Assembly (NCBI GenBank): GCA_013239625.1
Contig: MU054400.1
Location: 1,161,146 to 1,225,145, forward strand
Direction: 5' to 3'
DNA from: Lama guanicoe
Taxonomy: Eukaryota
DNA: 64,000 nt
Shown here: positions 13,340 through 27,295 of the stretch, piece by piece
Layout of the letters: each line of letters opens with the position of its first letter
Position numbering within the stretch: the stretch's first letter is position 1
Notes under the pieces: model-generated
Told to the model about the DNA's origin: nothing
Seen by the model: only the letters and a program-made list of their open reading frames with translations
Database searches by the model: none
Translations under genes and position numbers: made by a program

Positions 13340-14160
13340 AATAAAAAGATAACACAAAAAACAGGCAAATGAAGATATCTGAATGGCCAATTAGCACATG
13401 AAAAGATGCTCAGTACCATTAGACACTGGGGAAATTAAAATTTAGAAACACAATGAAATAGAGTTCCATACCCATTAAACTGGCTAAAATAAAGAAGATT
13501 GACAATATCAAATATGGTGAGGATGCAGAACTACAATTCTCAAACACTGCTGTTGGGAATATAAAATAGTTCATGGAAAATTGTTGAACACTTTCTTATA
13601 AACATACACCTATCCTATGACCCAGCAATTCCATTTCTAGGTTTTTATTCAAGATAAATTAAAACATGCCCATAAAAAGGCTTGTATAAAAATGTTCATA
13701 CAGCTTTATTAAAAATACTCCACTGGAAACAACCCAAATGTTCATCAACAAGACAATGGATAAACAAACTGTGATATATTCATAGTAGGGAATATTACTC
13801 AGCAATAAAACTATACATACATGCAACAACATGTACTAATATCAAAGAACATTATGCTAAGCAAAAAAGCCAGGCATAAAATGCATATTGTAATGATTCT
13901 ATTTCTATGACATTCTAGAACAGGCAAAACTAATCTATAGTGACAGAAAGCAAGTCAGTCATTATATAAGACCTGGTGGTGAAGGTAGGAGGATTAACTA
14001 AAAAGGGACACAAGAGAACATTCTAGGGTGATGGAAATGTTCTCTACCTTGTTCCAGGTATTGATTACTTGGATACATACAACTATCAAACCTTATCAAA
14101 CCTAAATATTTCTGTGCATCTTAATGTATGCAAATTATACCTCAATTTTTTTAAAGTTAT
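13340..14160 (+). mobile_element. Old L1 (L1ME/MC-type) 3' fragment
   Basis: ctatgacccagcaattccatttctagg, ggaaacaacccaaatgttcatcaac, ggcaaaactaatctatagtgacagaa. Confidence 0.82.
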
Positions 14161-14750
14161 AAAAGTTATTTTAAAAAATAAAAATGAAAAACACTCTGAA
14201 ATCAGCGACTCTAGCAGGCTGTTCAGCATTTTCTATCTGTATCCGACTACATTTTAAATACACAACAGAAGCCCCTCGTACCTACTCTGCCCCATTTAAT
14301 ATTAACTGTGAACAATTATTTCAAAATTTAAAAAATACATCTATAAAAAATGGGCGATAGTCATTTATCTTATTCCAGTGAAAAAAAATAAACTATAGCC
14401 AGAATACATGATTCCTATTATCATCAAAAGTTCAAACTAAGTACAACCACTTAAACCTTTTTATTCAGGACTTTGATGAAATAGTATTGTTGACAGCTTA
14501 TATTTTTTCAGTAAGCACAGAGAATCAATATTATCAGTGTAAAAGGAAATTTTGCTGAATATTTCTAAATGCTTTATGAATCCAATAAATAGAGACACTA
14601 AATTTTCCACAAGAGTCTAATTCACTAGGTCAAAACACAATTTCACATTTAATTCAAAACAATTGAAAAGCGTAAGTGGTATTTATAAAAAATATGACTT
14701 ATGGAAAATAGAAAATACAAAGCAAGATAAGCAAATGATTTCTATCATAC

Positions 14751-14848
14751 CCATTGAAAATATGCTGAATGAGTGGGTGAGTAGTCTTCATGTATACATC
14801 TCGATTGGTGCATGCCTCACCAAAGACTTCATCAAAATAAAAAACATG
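14751..14848 (-). CDS. KIF24: KIF24 coding exon 3 (98 nt)
   Basis: HVFYFDEVFGEACTNRDVYMKTTHPLIQHIFNG (kinesin FxFDxVF motif). tttttcag acceptor, GG|GTATG donor; cumulative 911 nt. Confidence 0.95.
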
Positions 14849-15044
14849 CTGAAAAAGAAATTTGATTTTTATAGAAAGAGACACTTACTGGATTTTCTTC
14901 ACCACTATTCTAGCTAATACATGATAAAGGTGCAAATATATTTTTAACTATTGTAACTGTCCATGACAAACTTAGAGATAAATAAGCAATCATTAACTGT
15001 CAAATGACAGAGCCTTCTTTTACTCGAGATCTCTGTAGACAACC

Positions 15045-15173
15045 TTTTTTTTTTAATAGGAGGAAGCGGCAATTAGGTTTCTTTATCTATTTATTAAATG
15101 GAGGTACTGGGGATTGAACCCAGGACCTCGTGTATGCTAAGCACACATTCTACCACTAAGCTATATGCTCCCC
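15045..15173 (-). mobile_element. vic-1-like SINE
   Basis: Reverse complement reads ggggagcatatagcttagtggtagaatgtgtgcttagcatacacgaggtcctgggttcaatccccagtacctcc plus A-rich tail; pol III A/B boxes. Confidence 0.85.
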
Positions 15174-18100
15174 TCAACATATTCTTATTATATAAAAATT
15201 AAGCCACACAATTTTCGTTCTCTCTTAAGGGAAGTAAACTGATGAGGACACCAGTGACCCAATCCTCCTAATGCGTAGGAAAGAAACTGAATTCTATGGA
15301 GATTATCCTTATAGCTCAGCTGGGGCCAGCATATTTGAAATTTGGGGGGAATTCTAGAGGAAGATCTTCATTCCATAATCACATAGCTTAACTCAGAAAT
15401 CCATAAATATTTACTGCTCAGCTAGTAGCATGTACATTGCAGCAGACACTTCCAAGGGACCCAAAGATACAGACATTACCCTTCCATTACACCACCTCAC
15501 AATTTAAAGATGTTAATCCAGACAAGTATACAAATGACCATGAGGCAGAAAAAACTTGAGAGATAAAGTACATGCAGAACAAAAGAAAAACAATCTCTCT
15601 GCTTGGGAAAGACATTATGAAAAAGACTGTACTGAAAAATGGGCCACGGGGGAAGAAGAGGAATTTAAGAGGTAGAGACTGAGGCAGGGAAGGTGTTCAA
15701 GGCACTGGGGAAACATGAGCAAAGAGTCAAAGCAGGAAAGCACAAAAAATGTTTAAAGGACAGGGAGGATTCAACGTGTCTGAAATACAGGATCTTCTTA
15801 GGTAGAAAAGTGAAATAGAAGACTAGAATAATGAGTTAGGACTATGTTGTAGGGGTCTTCGGATACCAGCCTTAAGGGAGGGGTGGAATGCTTCTATTTA
15901 ATTCAGTAAAAGTGGAAAGACTTTGCAAAGGAAAGGGATAATCTAAGCCACTTTATTGGAAGACTTCATACTATGAATGGATCAGGAACAAGAACACTAG
16001 TAATTCAGCGGTGAGATTAAGAAGGGTCTAAATTAGACGATGACAATGGAAACAAAAAAGAGATTAATGCATGAGAAATTTGGCAACTGACTGAGTGTGG
16101 ATGCTGGGGAGAGAAAGGGCTTCAAGACAATTCCCAAGTGAAAAACCATGGTAATCTGAAAGAAGAGAGATAGGGGACCACGTTAAATTGGGTCTGGAAA
16201 GCATTAGTTCAGCAGCCATAATTATTTGCATAATTTAGAGGCTTACCATGTTGGCCACCCAACCATATCTGAGTAAGAAATATTAATACTATCGTGTAGC
16301 ATCATAATGGCAGTCCATATACAATGATTGAGAGATGAGGCCCTACCTTCCGCTACCTTTTGGGTCTGCTCTAAATATTCAGTTAAGAAAAAATTTTATG
16401 GGCAAATCTAGAAAAGTTGACTTGAGCCAATTCATTGTGGGTCACTACCTCAAGTTCGATTCTGTTTCATGTACCATTACATTAGAATGGAAATTTGTTA
16501 GATCTGAGAAGAAATTGGGGCCACAAAGTCAAATTTATCAGTTAGAAAAAAATCTCCAGAAGTTTGGGGTGAGAAAAAAATGAATCTGTGCAGCATGATA
16601 AAGAGATCTGTAAACTTCTAGTGCTCTGAAAAATGTGAGTGATTTTAAGAGCAGTAAAATGTAACTGTTGAAGCTGGGTGACAGGTACATGAGGGTTCAT
16701 TATACTTTTGATTAAGCTTAAAATGGCGATAATAATAAGCTTAAAATGGTGATAATAAAGAGTAAAATATATTTCTAAAATCTGACTTTAATGGATATGA
16801 TTTTTATCTAATTCATAACTGGTCTTTAAGCAAGGAGACAAATCCATTCTTTGCTCAAGTATCACTGTAGGTTTTTATAGTTAAGTATGAAGTCAAAAGC
16901 ATTTCTTGCATTTCTAAGGAAAATAAGAAAAACATAAACAGAAGTAAATGTGGGAATACATTTTTGGGGGCTTTATTTCACTGAGTATACGGCTATTCTT
17001 CCTCTCCTGTAAGTACTCTTGAGTAAATGCCTTTGAAAGCACTTATTAAAGGGACTAGTATTTTTCCTTCCACTAGGATTGAAGTATTATTTTTCTAGTA
17101 CTTTTGTTAAGTATCTTTTATATGTGAAAATGCAAGATTATGATTCATTAAGTCCTTTGCATCACATACACTTTCATTTAATTATATTTTATCAATGAGG
17201 TTGGATTAACATTCACTTTAGCCTTGATGGGATCAGAGTTGCATAGTTTATTTTTTAAATAAGTTTTTTTCAGATTATAAATGTATCTATAGACTATCTC
17301 TGGAAAGATACACTTAGAACAAGTAATACTGTTGTCTTCAAGCAGGAAATGGGATTTGAGATACTCTTCATTGCATACCCTTTTGATTTTGAAATAGATA
17401 AATTTATCCCATTCAAAAGTATTTTTTATATAAGAGTAACACAGCTGATTGCAGAAAAAATTTTAAACATGGATAACAGAGAAGAAAATCAAAATTTGTA
17501 CATCTTACTACCCAGAGAATGTCACTATTGACTTTTTGATATATTTTATTACCATCTTTTTTTCCTATATATTTTTCTCTTTAATTGGACTGAAACACAT
17601 GTAGATTTGTTTCCTTGTTTTTTCACTTACTATGTTAATATCATAAAATTTAATGGTAAAGACAGCATACTACATGTATATGATCATATATATTAAGCAA
17701 CAGAAGATTTGAAAGGATAGGATATTTAATTAAAGAACATATAAACCTATTGCTTGAATTCCTGAATAACTTTTAAAATAAAACCCAAAGAATCTGAGAT
17801 CAATATTTATTTGCTATGTTTGCTATGAACCTCCCTTTTCTTCTTTCTACTTAAGGAAGAAAAAGAGGGAGAAAAAAGGCCTCCCAACACTTATATATCA
17901 TAAGCATTGATAGGTAAGGACTTTGACCTATGAGAGCAAAGGTCTAAAGTTCAAACAGCAGAGAAAGTGCTATGGAAACTATAGGGATTCAATAAGTATT
18001 GATCAATGGTAATGACAAAGTAAGCTTATTGTGTTGTGGGATAATGGAAAAATACAAAAGATAAGATGATGCCTCCTTACGGGAATTACTGTGACAGAAG

Positions 18101-19563
18101 CATCATTAAGGCAGTCTTGGGTAGATGGTGATTGGATAGGGCTATTACTATGGCTATAAGTAGCCATGGAACTAGATAGCATTACAACTAATTGGTCATT
18201 TGCACCATCTTCAATATAAATACCTCCCACCTAGACCTAATAGATTGTACACTGACCAGCAATCGATAATCACTGTTAAATCACTGTTAAAGTGATTGGA
18301 TGGGTTATAGAGTGGCCTAGTAATTTAGTGCCCATAGAAAGACTCAGTGGATTATTCTGAATGTTACTGTGAAATCTAATTTTGGTAACCAAAGAAAAAG
18401 AAGAACAATGCAACTGTTAAAGAGGGGAGAGTGTTAACAAGCTGACTTCGGTGTTTAAGAATTTATTCCAGTACGTAAAATCTCAGCTGATTAAGGTGAA
18501 CTGCCTGCACACCAGATTACTCACTACTTTTTTCTATCAGTCACTGGGTTTTGAAGAGAGCAATACAGAGAATAGAATGGACATAATATGAACATTCAGG
18601 GAGGCAGATTCAGAGTAAGAGAAACTCCGAATTCCCAAATCTTAACATCTGGTGGATTATTCCCTAATTATTTAGATTATTCATAATTGCTTCATAATTT
18701 TAAAAGTACCTAAATTATGATATCTTCCATCTACAGAGTTTGCTGTTTTCATAAGAAACTGAGTTACTGCAAGGGTACCTATCAGCTTGGAATAAACTCT
18801 TTTCAAAACCAAACCCTTTATCCTTAGACTCATCATAATCATTCAGGCAGGGAATGAACATTTTTTATGTGTCTGAGCTACTAGTGTTTTATTTAAACTT
18901 ATAAATCCTTATATGTTCAATGTGAAATCAGATCCCTGGATTATATTTACTCATTGTAATTTAGCTTGTATAAACTGGCTTGCTCAGGAGCCCGATTTCC
19001 ACCAAATTAAGTGTAAATCCAATTACAACTAAGAATCAAAATAAACAGCTGGCTGGCAACCTAGGGTCTTGTTGCTCAAAAATATATCCTCCATCATGAA
19101 ACTCCAGACTCACACTCAGCAAAATGAGAGGTTCACAATGTGAGAGACAGGACAGAATTGAGACTAACTGTGTGATCATCTCATGGTCACTCTGGGGCAT
19201 ATGCTCAGTGATTAGTCTTGCCTACCACCAATTCATTATTTAAATTCTTTTAATTCCCTCATTCCCCCCCTTTTCTGGCTAAATGTGTACAATTAAATTC
19301 ACATAAAGCATGTTAAGTGAATAATGTATGATGCAACTCGATTGCACAAGAGTGCAGGAATTACGTTTTTGTATTTCTCACTGCACTATATTTAAAAAAA
19401 AAAATGGAGGCTCAGGGTTATCAATGACTTAATGCAATGTCACATCAGGAATGAATGCCAACACCAGAACCAGAAACTGGATTTCAGAATTTGTACTGAA
19501 ACAAAAAGCAAAACATTGATACTTGATAATGTTAGTTCCAAACACAGAAGGAAAGCATCATAC

Positions 19564-19753
19564 CTGCAGAATATATTGTGTGAGGTCAACTGCTTCTTTC
19601 TTCTCATGAACAAGTAGAGTTTCTCTGTCTTCTACAGTAATAATATTCATTTCTCCACGACGTACCTCCCTCATGCACAGAGGGCGTTTTCGAACACAAA
19701 CTCTGATTTTCTCCATCTCAGTCCAAGGATTCTCTTTCTCTGAGGTGTTCTGT
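19564..19753 (-). CDS. KIF24: KIF24 coding exon 2 (190 nt), start of kinesin-13 motor domain
   Basis: Translated by hand: QNTSEKENPWTEMEKIRVCVRKRPLCMREVRRGEMNIITVEDRETLLVHEKKEAVDLTQYILQ. AG/GT boundaries; cumulative 813 nt. Confidence 0.95.
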
Positions 19754-22700
19754 CTGATATATAAGTGGGCTTTAATTTTTAATAGGATAAAGCTACTAAA
19801 TTTTTAATAAGGATAAAGCTACTTAAGGTCAAAGTATCAGCATACTTTGTTATATGTTAGGTGTAATACACATATAGTATGTGTTACACACTGAAGTGTT
19901 GAAAGTTCTGAGTTCTTTTAATAGCTGTAAATACTCCTGATTACTTCTATCTCCATCTCTACTCCACCCCACCCAAATCAATGTCTCTTACTCCTTTCAA
20001 TCCAATTATTATTGTACACTTACTGTTTTCTTGACCATTCAATCTAATTTTTTTAAAATCCTACCTGGGTTTATTTAATAACTTGAATTTGGTGACTGGT
20101 TTCAATGTTCTTTCCTCGTTTTTCCCAGGTTTATTCTGGCCCTCCCTTTGTCCTGTTTTCTTACTACTTCTTTTTGCCCACCCCAATAGGTATTTATTTG
20201 TTAGAACACAATCCTGTATTTCTTCTTCCTGGGACAATTTTATTACTGGTGCTGTCCACCACTAATTCACCCTTCTATTCAGACACATTTCTTCTCTGGC
20301 TGGCTTCAGTGAACTCATCAACCTTAACATCCAGAATATTTGAGGCAATTTTCCTTGGGTTAAGGATATAACATTCATCAATTTACTAGTTGAGTCTAAT
20401 GGTGGTATAAATGCATATATTCAAGAACTGACCACTTACCTATGTAGAAATGCCTCTTAAGCAAGGTAACCAGAAAACAGAATTCTTGAAATAGATGTTT
20501 TATCAGGATCAATGCCTTTGGCACATATACTAAGAATGTCTTAGTGGGACAAATTATTCCCTTTCTTTACTCTTTAGAATTTGATTAATAGCCCCTAAAA
20601 AGCCTTTTATAATAGATTTAACACAGGATATTTCACTATATAATTGTTTCATATCAATTTCAATTTTGTGAGCCCTCCAACTGGCTGAAAAATTATTTCT
20701 TGCCAGGATCTAAATTAGTAAAAAGTAGCAAATAAAATTTCTAATATAATGCATAAAGGACTACTCAAGGCTTTTAAAGCTTTTTTTTTAACCAACCTAT
20801 AGTAGACGTCTAAAAAATGTACCATTTTGATATTAAAGGTAGCAAAATCTTGACAATCATCAAAAGTGAATGATGGGCATATGGGAGTTCATTGTTCTAT
20901 TCTTCTTCTTTTGCATGTTAGATTTTTTATATGAAAAAGCTTACAATGCATCCTAAATTTTAACAGGGCCCTTGTGTCAAGATCTCTAGTTGCTGGTATT
21001 AATAACCTAATCACACAAAGCTAATCAAAGAGGGTAGAAAATGTCCTTTTAAAAACTGACCAGCAATTCTAGGATTGGTTATATGGACAAAAGAACTATA
21101 GTTTTCAAGTTTAAGAGGCAAAAAGGAATGAATGTTTTTCTAAAAGGCTCCGGTTTTAATGTCCAATCTTCCCTTGAAGAAATAAACTCTGTCTGACTTG
21201 CAAAAAGTTAAGACAGCTGGAATTAGATCTTAAATAAGTTAGGGCAACCAGTTATCTCCAAATGCCTTAAACTTTTAGTAAAATTCTGAGGCCAGTAATT
21301 CATTTGGAACTTTCCTAATTTAAGGTATCCAGAGACTACTCTTTGGATCCAGATGACTCACTAATAGGAAGCCTTAAGTTGGTGAGTTTCTCAGGGTTCT
21401 GAAATTCTGACTCCTACTTAGGGTTAGGGTGAGAAGACAATATTGAGAATTACTGGAGAAAATATACTTTTTTTACCTCCATTTCTCTAATATAATAAGG
21501 AATGGGAAGAGTGACATAAAAATGATATAAAAAAGGTGAAGAAAGCTCAATTGGATGCTTTCATTCTGGGCCTGCCATGTATAAACCTCTGTGTTTATAC
21601 ATGGTTTATATGGTTTATAAAGGTTTATATGGTTGTCTGTCTTCCCACTTACCCTGCCCTCTAAGAGTCTGAGAGCCTCCAGATATCCTAGTTATCTTCA
21701 TATCTAGAATCAGATCAAGCAGAGGTGGTACTTTACATTTGCTAAATAAATAAAATAGCAATATTTAAACAAAAATATCCCTTCTATCTGAATAAATAAT
21801 GCAAATTAGTATCTGTATTCTATTTACAAATAATTCCAATTTAGATTTCTATGTGTTGCTCAATAAAAGACTGTAACATTCAAGAAAGTATTTGTTTTTT
21901 CACCACCGAGTTAACCAACAGGACAGCAACAATCTTGTCATTTATGGTCATAAAATAATCTAGTTTTTTTTTTTTACAGTTAAAAGAAAACAGGACTGTT
22001 TTGCTAAACCAAAACAAACAAAAAGAAGTTTTTAGAAACACTATAGAATTAACTTATGTGTTTCAAATTACTAAGGTATTTTTACCTTTAAAATTGGGTG
22101 TTCTATTTTTGTAGAATTAAAAGAACTAGTTGGTTATGAAATCCTCTGAAATCTTAGCCAACGTTAAGACCAGATGTAAATACTTTAAGGTATGAACAAT
22201 AACCTTTATTTTTTACAAAATGTGGCTTAAGAATGTATTTTGTTTCTCCATAATTCACCAGCTATACTTTTTAAAATAATAAAACAAGCAATATATGTTT
22301 TTTTTTAAAAGAACATGTTTTCTATTATACCAAGGCAAGTATTAGGGATTACTTAATATTTCGCCTCATAGGGACCTTCAAATTCTAACTTGAAGCAGCA
22401 GGTGAAAATAACTTAGTGTCACCCTGACTCTCAAACTCTAAACTCCATTAAAGGTGTCTTACTCTTTGCAATGACCAAAATCATCTGTTCTTCCAAGGCT
22501 GGAATTGTAGAAAGCACTCAAAATCAGGACCATATTTCAATATGTGCAGGTAAACTAATTGCTCCAAAGACCAATTCAACTACATGCTCTTTGTTTTAAG
22601 CTCCATGTCTCCTGGTTGAAGTGAATTTGATAACCTTAAAATAAAAAACCCTGTGAGTTGTGTAATTTTTTTCTACTGCAGAGGCTAGTTAGCTTTTTTA

Positions 22701-23015
22701 CCTTCATGGATGCACTAGATATATCATGTTACACTATAATAAATAATAAAAATAGGTCTGCTACAAGAAAAATAGCAGACCCTGACAAGTAGCAGCTCCT
22801 TGGTGTGCATGAACAGTATCATCTTCCTCCTATCTGCAAAGTCCAAATTCGTCATTAATTTCCCCCCATCAAGGTGCTTCTATTATCACTGCAGAGATGT
22901 TCACTATCATTTTCTGTAAGGAGTAGTTGCTCCCCTCTGGTCATAGAGAAGCCTGCCCTTGCCTGAAACTAACCTCCCTCCAAAAAAAAGAAAAAAGATA
23001 AAAATAAATGATTAC

Positions 23016-23638
23016 CTGATACAGGAATGAGGGATTCCATAGTTATACCCTGAAACATGAGAGACTCTTTGAATAATGGGAATATCACAATCCCCCTGTA
23101 TTGGAGAAAAGTGATTTGATGAAAAGAGTGAAGTGTTGGTTTCTGTTTGTACATAGGAATCAGCAGCTGTGGCATTCAGAATTCTTGCTTTTGTATGGTA
23201 CTGGGAATCATCTGGTAGTATGTGTTCCATTATTTTTAGGTAACTAGACTTCTGTTCACTTGCAGAAAAATCTGATAAATCGCACAGTTCAAACTCATTG
23301 TTGCTGGTAGCTCTGTCTTTGTTGTCGGCAGGAGAATCAAAATGCAATTGCCTGCGAGGGCCAGATCTGGGTTTCTGAGGCTTGATGCACAGGCTGCTTG
23401 TCTGAAGAGGATACTCTGGGCTACTGACTGCTTTATCTTCTTCCTGCATAATCTTTATGATTTTGATGAGTTGGAAGAGACGTTTTCGGTCGTTCATGTC
23501 ATGGACTCCCAATTTGGAGTAGTCTTTCATTGTAACATTGGCTAATTCATCTATTTTCTGAAGGCCAAGGGCAGTAAAATGAGGATAATACTGTGCTAGC
23601 TCAGCTTCACAAAGACATTCATACAACCAGGATGTCAT
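23016..23638 (-). CDS. KIF24: KIF24 first coding exon (623 coding nt; exon starts at 23663 with 25 nt 5'UTR); N-terminal SAM-like domain
   Basis: ORF MTSWLYECLCEAELAQYYPHFTALGLQKIDEL...YNYGIPHSCIR matches the KIF24 N-terminus. Acceptor ttttcctcttcag before 23663; donor ATCAG|GTAAT after 23016. Confidence 0.96.
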
Positions 23639-24896
23639 TTTTGGGAATGGGTTTCTATAAACTCTGAAGAGGAAAAAAAAAGCTCATTCACTTGAAATAT
23701 AGTAGATGTAATATAATCTTTCCTCTAAAAAATGAAAACCAGAAAAGAAATATGCAGAAAAATCCATTCTAGCATACCAGGTTTTCAATAAATGTATTTT
23801 TCTTCTAAAGTGATTAAACAGCACAGCGTAAACAAAGATGCTTATAATGCATTTGTAGTAACAGATGTAATTTGTCTATCTGCTTAATAAAGAGAGACCT
23901 TTTTTAAAGAGACTTTCAATTGTATATATACACAGGTACATGCACACACATACAAAACACAAGTCACTTACTAATTTCTAGGGAGTTCCTTCCAATCTTG
24001 CACTGGCTACTTAACACATACCACAGACTACTGAAACCTTGTTCCCAACTGCTGATTGTTACAGGACTAATTTTAGATGTTCAAGTTAATGTCAAGGCAT
24101 GTTGCACAACTGTTTCTCCTGATTAATGAACAAAGGCTAAGAACTCTTTCAGAATGGAAAGCAGAATTAAATAGCAGACCACAGAGGTCTGTAAACAAAT
24201 ATAACTCAGAGGAAATCACATTTGTATCTGCTTAGTACTGGTAGAAGTTAGTTGAATAAGGAAGTAAAGATATCATTAATTTAGAATCTACTAATTCAGG
24301 ATTTCAGATCATTCTAAAAGGTAGGTGGTTGTAGATGTCTACCTATACAAAATATGAAAAAAGGATTTACCTAGGAAATTAATAGTATGGTCAGGATTTT
24401 AAATACATGTACATTAAAATGCTTAAAAACTTTTAACACCAAGCTATTTAATAAATACCAACAAATAATGTGGTAATAACACATAATCCTGGTCTATTAT
24501 TAAAGCCAGGACCCTGAGGAATTCTCCAAATCTCTGTGATCAAGTTCAAGTTCAGGAGAATATTCAAAAGTAAGTAAAGTATGTACAGGAACCACATCAC
24601 AATAAAGGTGTTTATTTTAAAAAAAGTAAGCAAACTTCATTTTCTCTTAAAAATTTTTTTTTAATAATTCAGTTTTTTTCAAAATTCTATTAGTTTGTGG
24701 TAAAGCTTTTCTGTTTTTCATTTTAATTTACATTTTATCTTCATTCTGGGAGAAACAGAGAAAGAAGTCAGGGCTAGGTAATAAAGATGATTAAAGAACC
24801 TTGTGTAATTAACTTTGGAGGAAATGCTACTTAGGCTAAAGAAAAGGCCAAAGGGGCTAAGTAACACATTCTAAACTCATCCTGCCCTTTGCCATT

Positions 24897-25335
24897 TGTG
24901 GTAGATTGAAAAAAAAAAAGCCACAAATTCTTTGCAGGTCCTTCCATCAAGAGATGGAATTTATTTCTCCTGTTGCAGCTAGGCTGGCCTTGTGACATGT
25001 TTTGGCCAACAGAATGTGGTGGAAGCGACACTGTGCCTTCCATGCCTAGTCCTCAAGAGAGGCTTCCACTGTTCTCTAGGAATTCTTCTGCTACCATGTG
25101 AAGAAGCCCAGCCAACAGCCATCATCAAAGCCAGACATGAGAGAAGCCATCTAAGACTATTTAGCCCCACTGGCGCCACCAGATGACTGCAGCCATATGG
25201 GGTCCCAGGTGAGACCAAATCTAGCTAAGCCTAGCCCAAATATTTGACTCACAGAACTGTTAGCAAATAAAATGGTAATTGTTTTAAGCCACTAAATTTT
25301 GGGGTAGTTTACTACCAGCAGTAGATAACTGCAAT
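24897..25335 (+). mobile_element. MaLR MLT1-type solo LTR
   Basis: tgtggtagattg start; gcaaataaaatggtaattgttttaagccactaaattttggggtagttt...cagcagtagataact end. Confidence 0.8.
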
Positions 25336-25669
25336 ACTGACTGCTTTCATGCCTTTTTAAATGCTGTATCTTTGCCTGAAATGTCCCCAACTCCCTCTGC
25401 CTCTTAAATGAGTCACGCCCATTCTTTCGAGATAGCTCAGTAGCTCTCCCTCATCCCCATGAAGCCTTCTTACCTCAGTCTCTTCTACCATTTTACCACC
25501 AGGCACTCTACATAGTTAAACCAGGCCACCACTCAATCTCTTCACTACAGTTTCTTCTACCTGGAAAATCTGTCTTTCCCAGGAAAAGTCCTATTTATAT
25601 TTTTCTTCTGTGTGGTACGCCCTGGCAAGGGATAACTGGTATTTCCTCTGTGCTTCAGTAATAACAGTA

Positions 25670-25960
25670 ATAGCAGCTAGTGTGTATTGAGCATTTATTA
25701 CATACCAAGCACTGTTCTAAACACTGTTAATCTCCAAATGATACTATGAAATAGATAAATGTGTGACCTTCAGCAAGTTACTTATTTAATATCTCTGAAA
25801 ATCTTTTTCTCAACTGTAAAATGGAAAAATAATAGTCTCCACAGTTCCTAGGGTTAGGATTCAATGAGAAAACACTTGTAATAATGCAAATATTAATCAG
25901 CATGATGCCCAGTATATGCTTAGTGTTCAAGAAGTGTTGGTAGTTATTACTACTACGATT
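25670..25960. mobile_element. MIR fragments in both orientations
   Basis: gtattgagcatttatt...aagcactgttctaa and tgtgtgaccttcagcaagttactta...ctgtaaaatgg. Confidence 0.6.
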
Positions 25961-27049
25961 GTTATTTCTGTATTACTATCTTTACTACTTCACTCAGAAC
26001 TTACAACAGAATAAGCCTTCAGTGTTTTGCTGTGTTTTAGGTTATTTCTAAATAGTTATATTCCTCACTTGGCTTAGCCTAACCCAGGGGATCAGGTTAA
26101 GTGCTTTGCAGTCTTCTCAATTTCCACAGGCTGTACAAGATCCTGTATTTCACACACCTATTCCCTTGGCGACATGCCCTCCCAATCCAACTCTGATAAC
26201 CATGGCTTTTACAGCAGCCCTTAATCAGTACACGTACAATACCAACATATTTACTTTGCAATGCTTGGATATCCCATATATCATGGGAGGGAAAGACGCT
26301 GGAGATAGCAGTAATCTGGGCATGCAAATTAAAGCAGCCAACAGCATGCTTCTACATAAACTGGTGCTTTTTTGAGCCCGATAGTTAGCCTCTGTTCTTT
26401 TGTTTTAATATTAGATATGATTCTTTGTACAAGTATAAAATGACATAGGTACAAAGTTATTCATTGCTTCACTTCATGCAATAGCAAAGAAATGGAATAG
26501 GGACTGGTTAAATAAATTATGGTAATTCATTAAATGGAATACTATAAAGCAACTACAAATACGTAAATTTTCCATATGTTATTGAAGAAACAGAAAGCTC
26601 TCAAATACATTTAGTGATTAAAACAAAGTATAGAACAATTTGTATAATAAAGGTACCATTTGTTAAAGAGAAAGAGAATTAACTCATCTATAATAGTCTA
26701 TATATTTGCTTATCAGGCATAAAATATCTTTGACAAGATGCACAAGAAAGTAATAATATTGGTCTCAAGGAGGAGGGAACTAATTAGTGGAGGGCAAACA
26801 TGGGAAGGAAACTATTGTATGCCAATAAATGTGGTAGTTACTATTACTTTTCTTTTATTTCTATTTCACTGCTGTCTCCACCACCCAGAGCAGGACACAA
26901 AACAGCTGTTTTGTAAATTTTGAAACTATATGGCTATATTACTTATTTTAAAAATATATTTTTAACTTCACTTACTTCCCTTCCTCCCAATCTCCCCACA
27001 TTGATCTGATACAACTACTTGTTACTATTTTGGCGTTTTCCCTCTAACC

Positions 27050-27295
27050 TTTTTAAAAAATTGAAATATAGTTGATATTTAATACTCTATTAATTTCAAG
27101 TGTACTACATAATGATTTGATATTTGCATATATTATGAAATGATTACCACGATAAGTTCAGTAACCATCTATCCCCAAAGTTATTACATTATTGATCATA
27201 TTCTTTATGCTGTACATTACATCCCCATGACTTATTATATAACCAGAGGTTTGCACCTCTCAATCCCTTCACCTATTTTACCCACTTTCCCATTT
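27050..27295 (-). mobile_element. L1 3'UTR fragment (L1MA-like)
   Basis: gatttgatatttgcatatattatgaaatgattaccac...atgctgtacattacatcccc. Confidence 0.75.

Noticed and set aside
21418..21429. TTAGGGTTAGGG telomere-like motif
   Set aside because: Only two units; not an interstitial telomeric array.
21593..21634. (ggtttatat)-type short repeats; similar at 12625-12657 and 18268-18296
   Set aside because: Ordinary slippage-derived low-complexity repeats.
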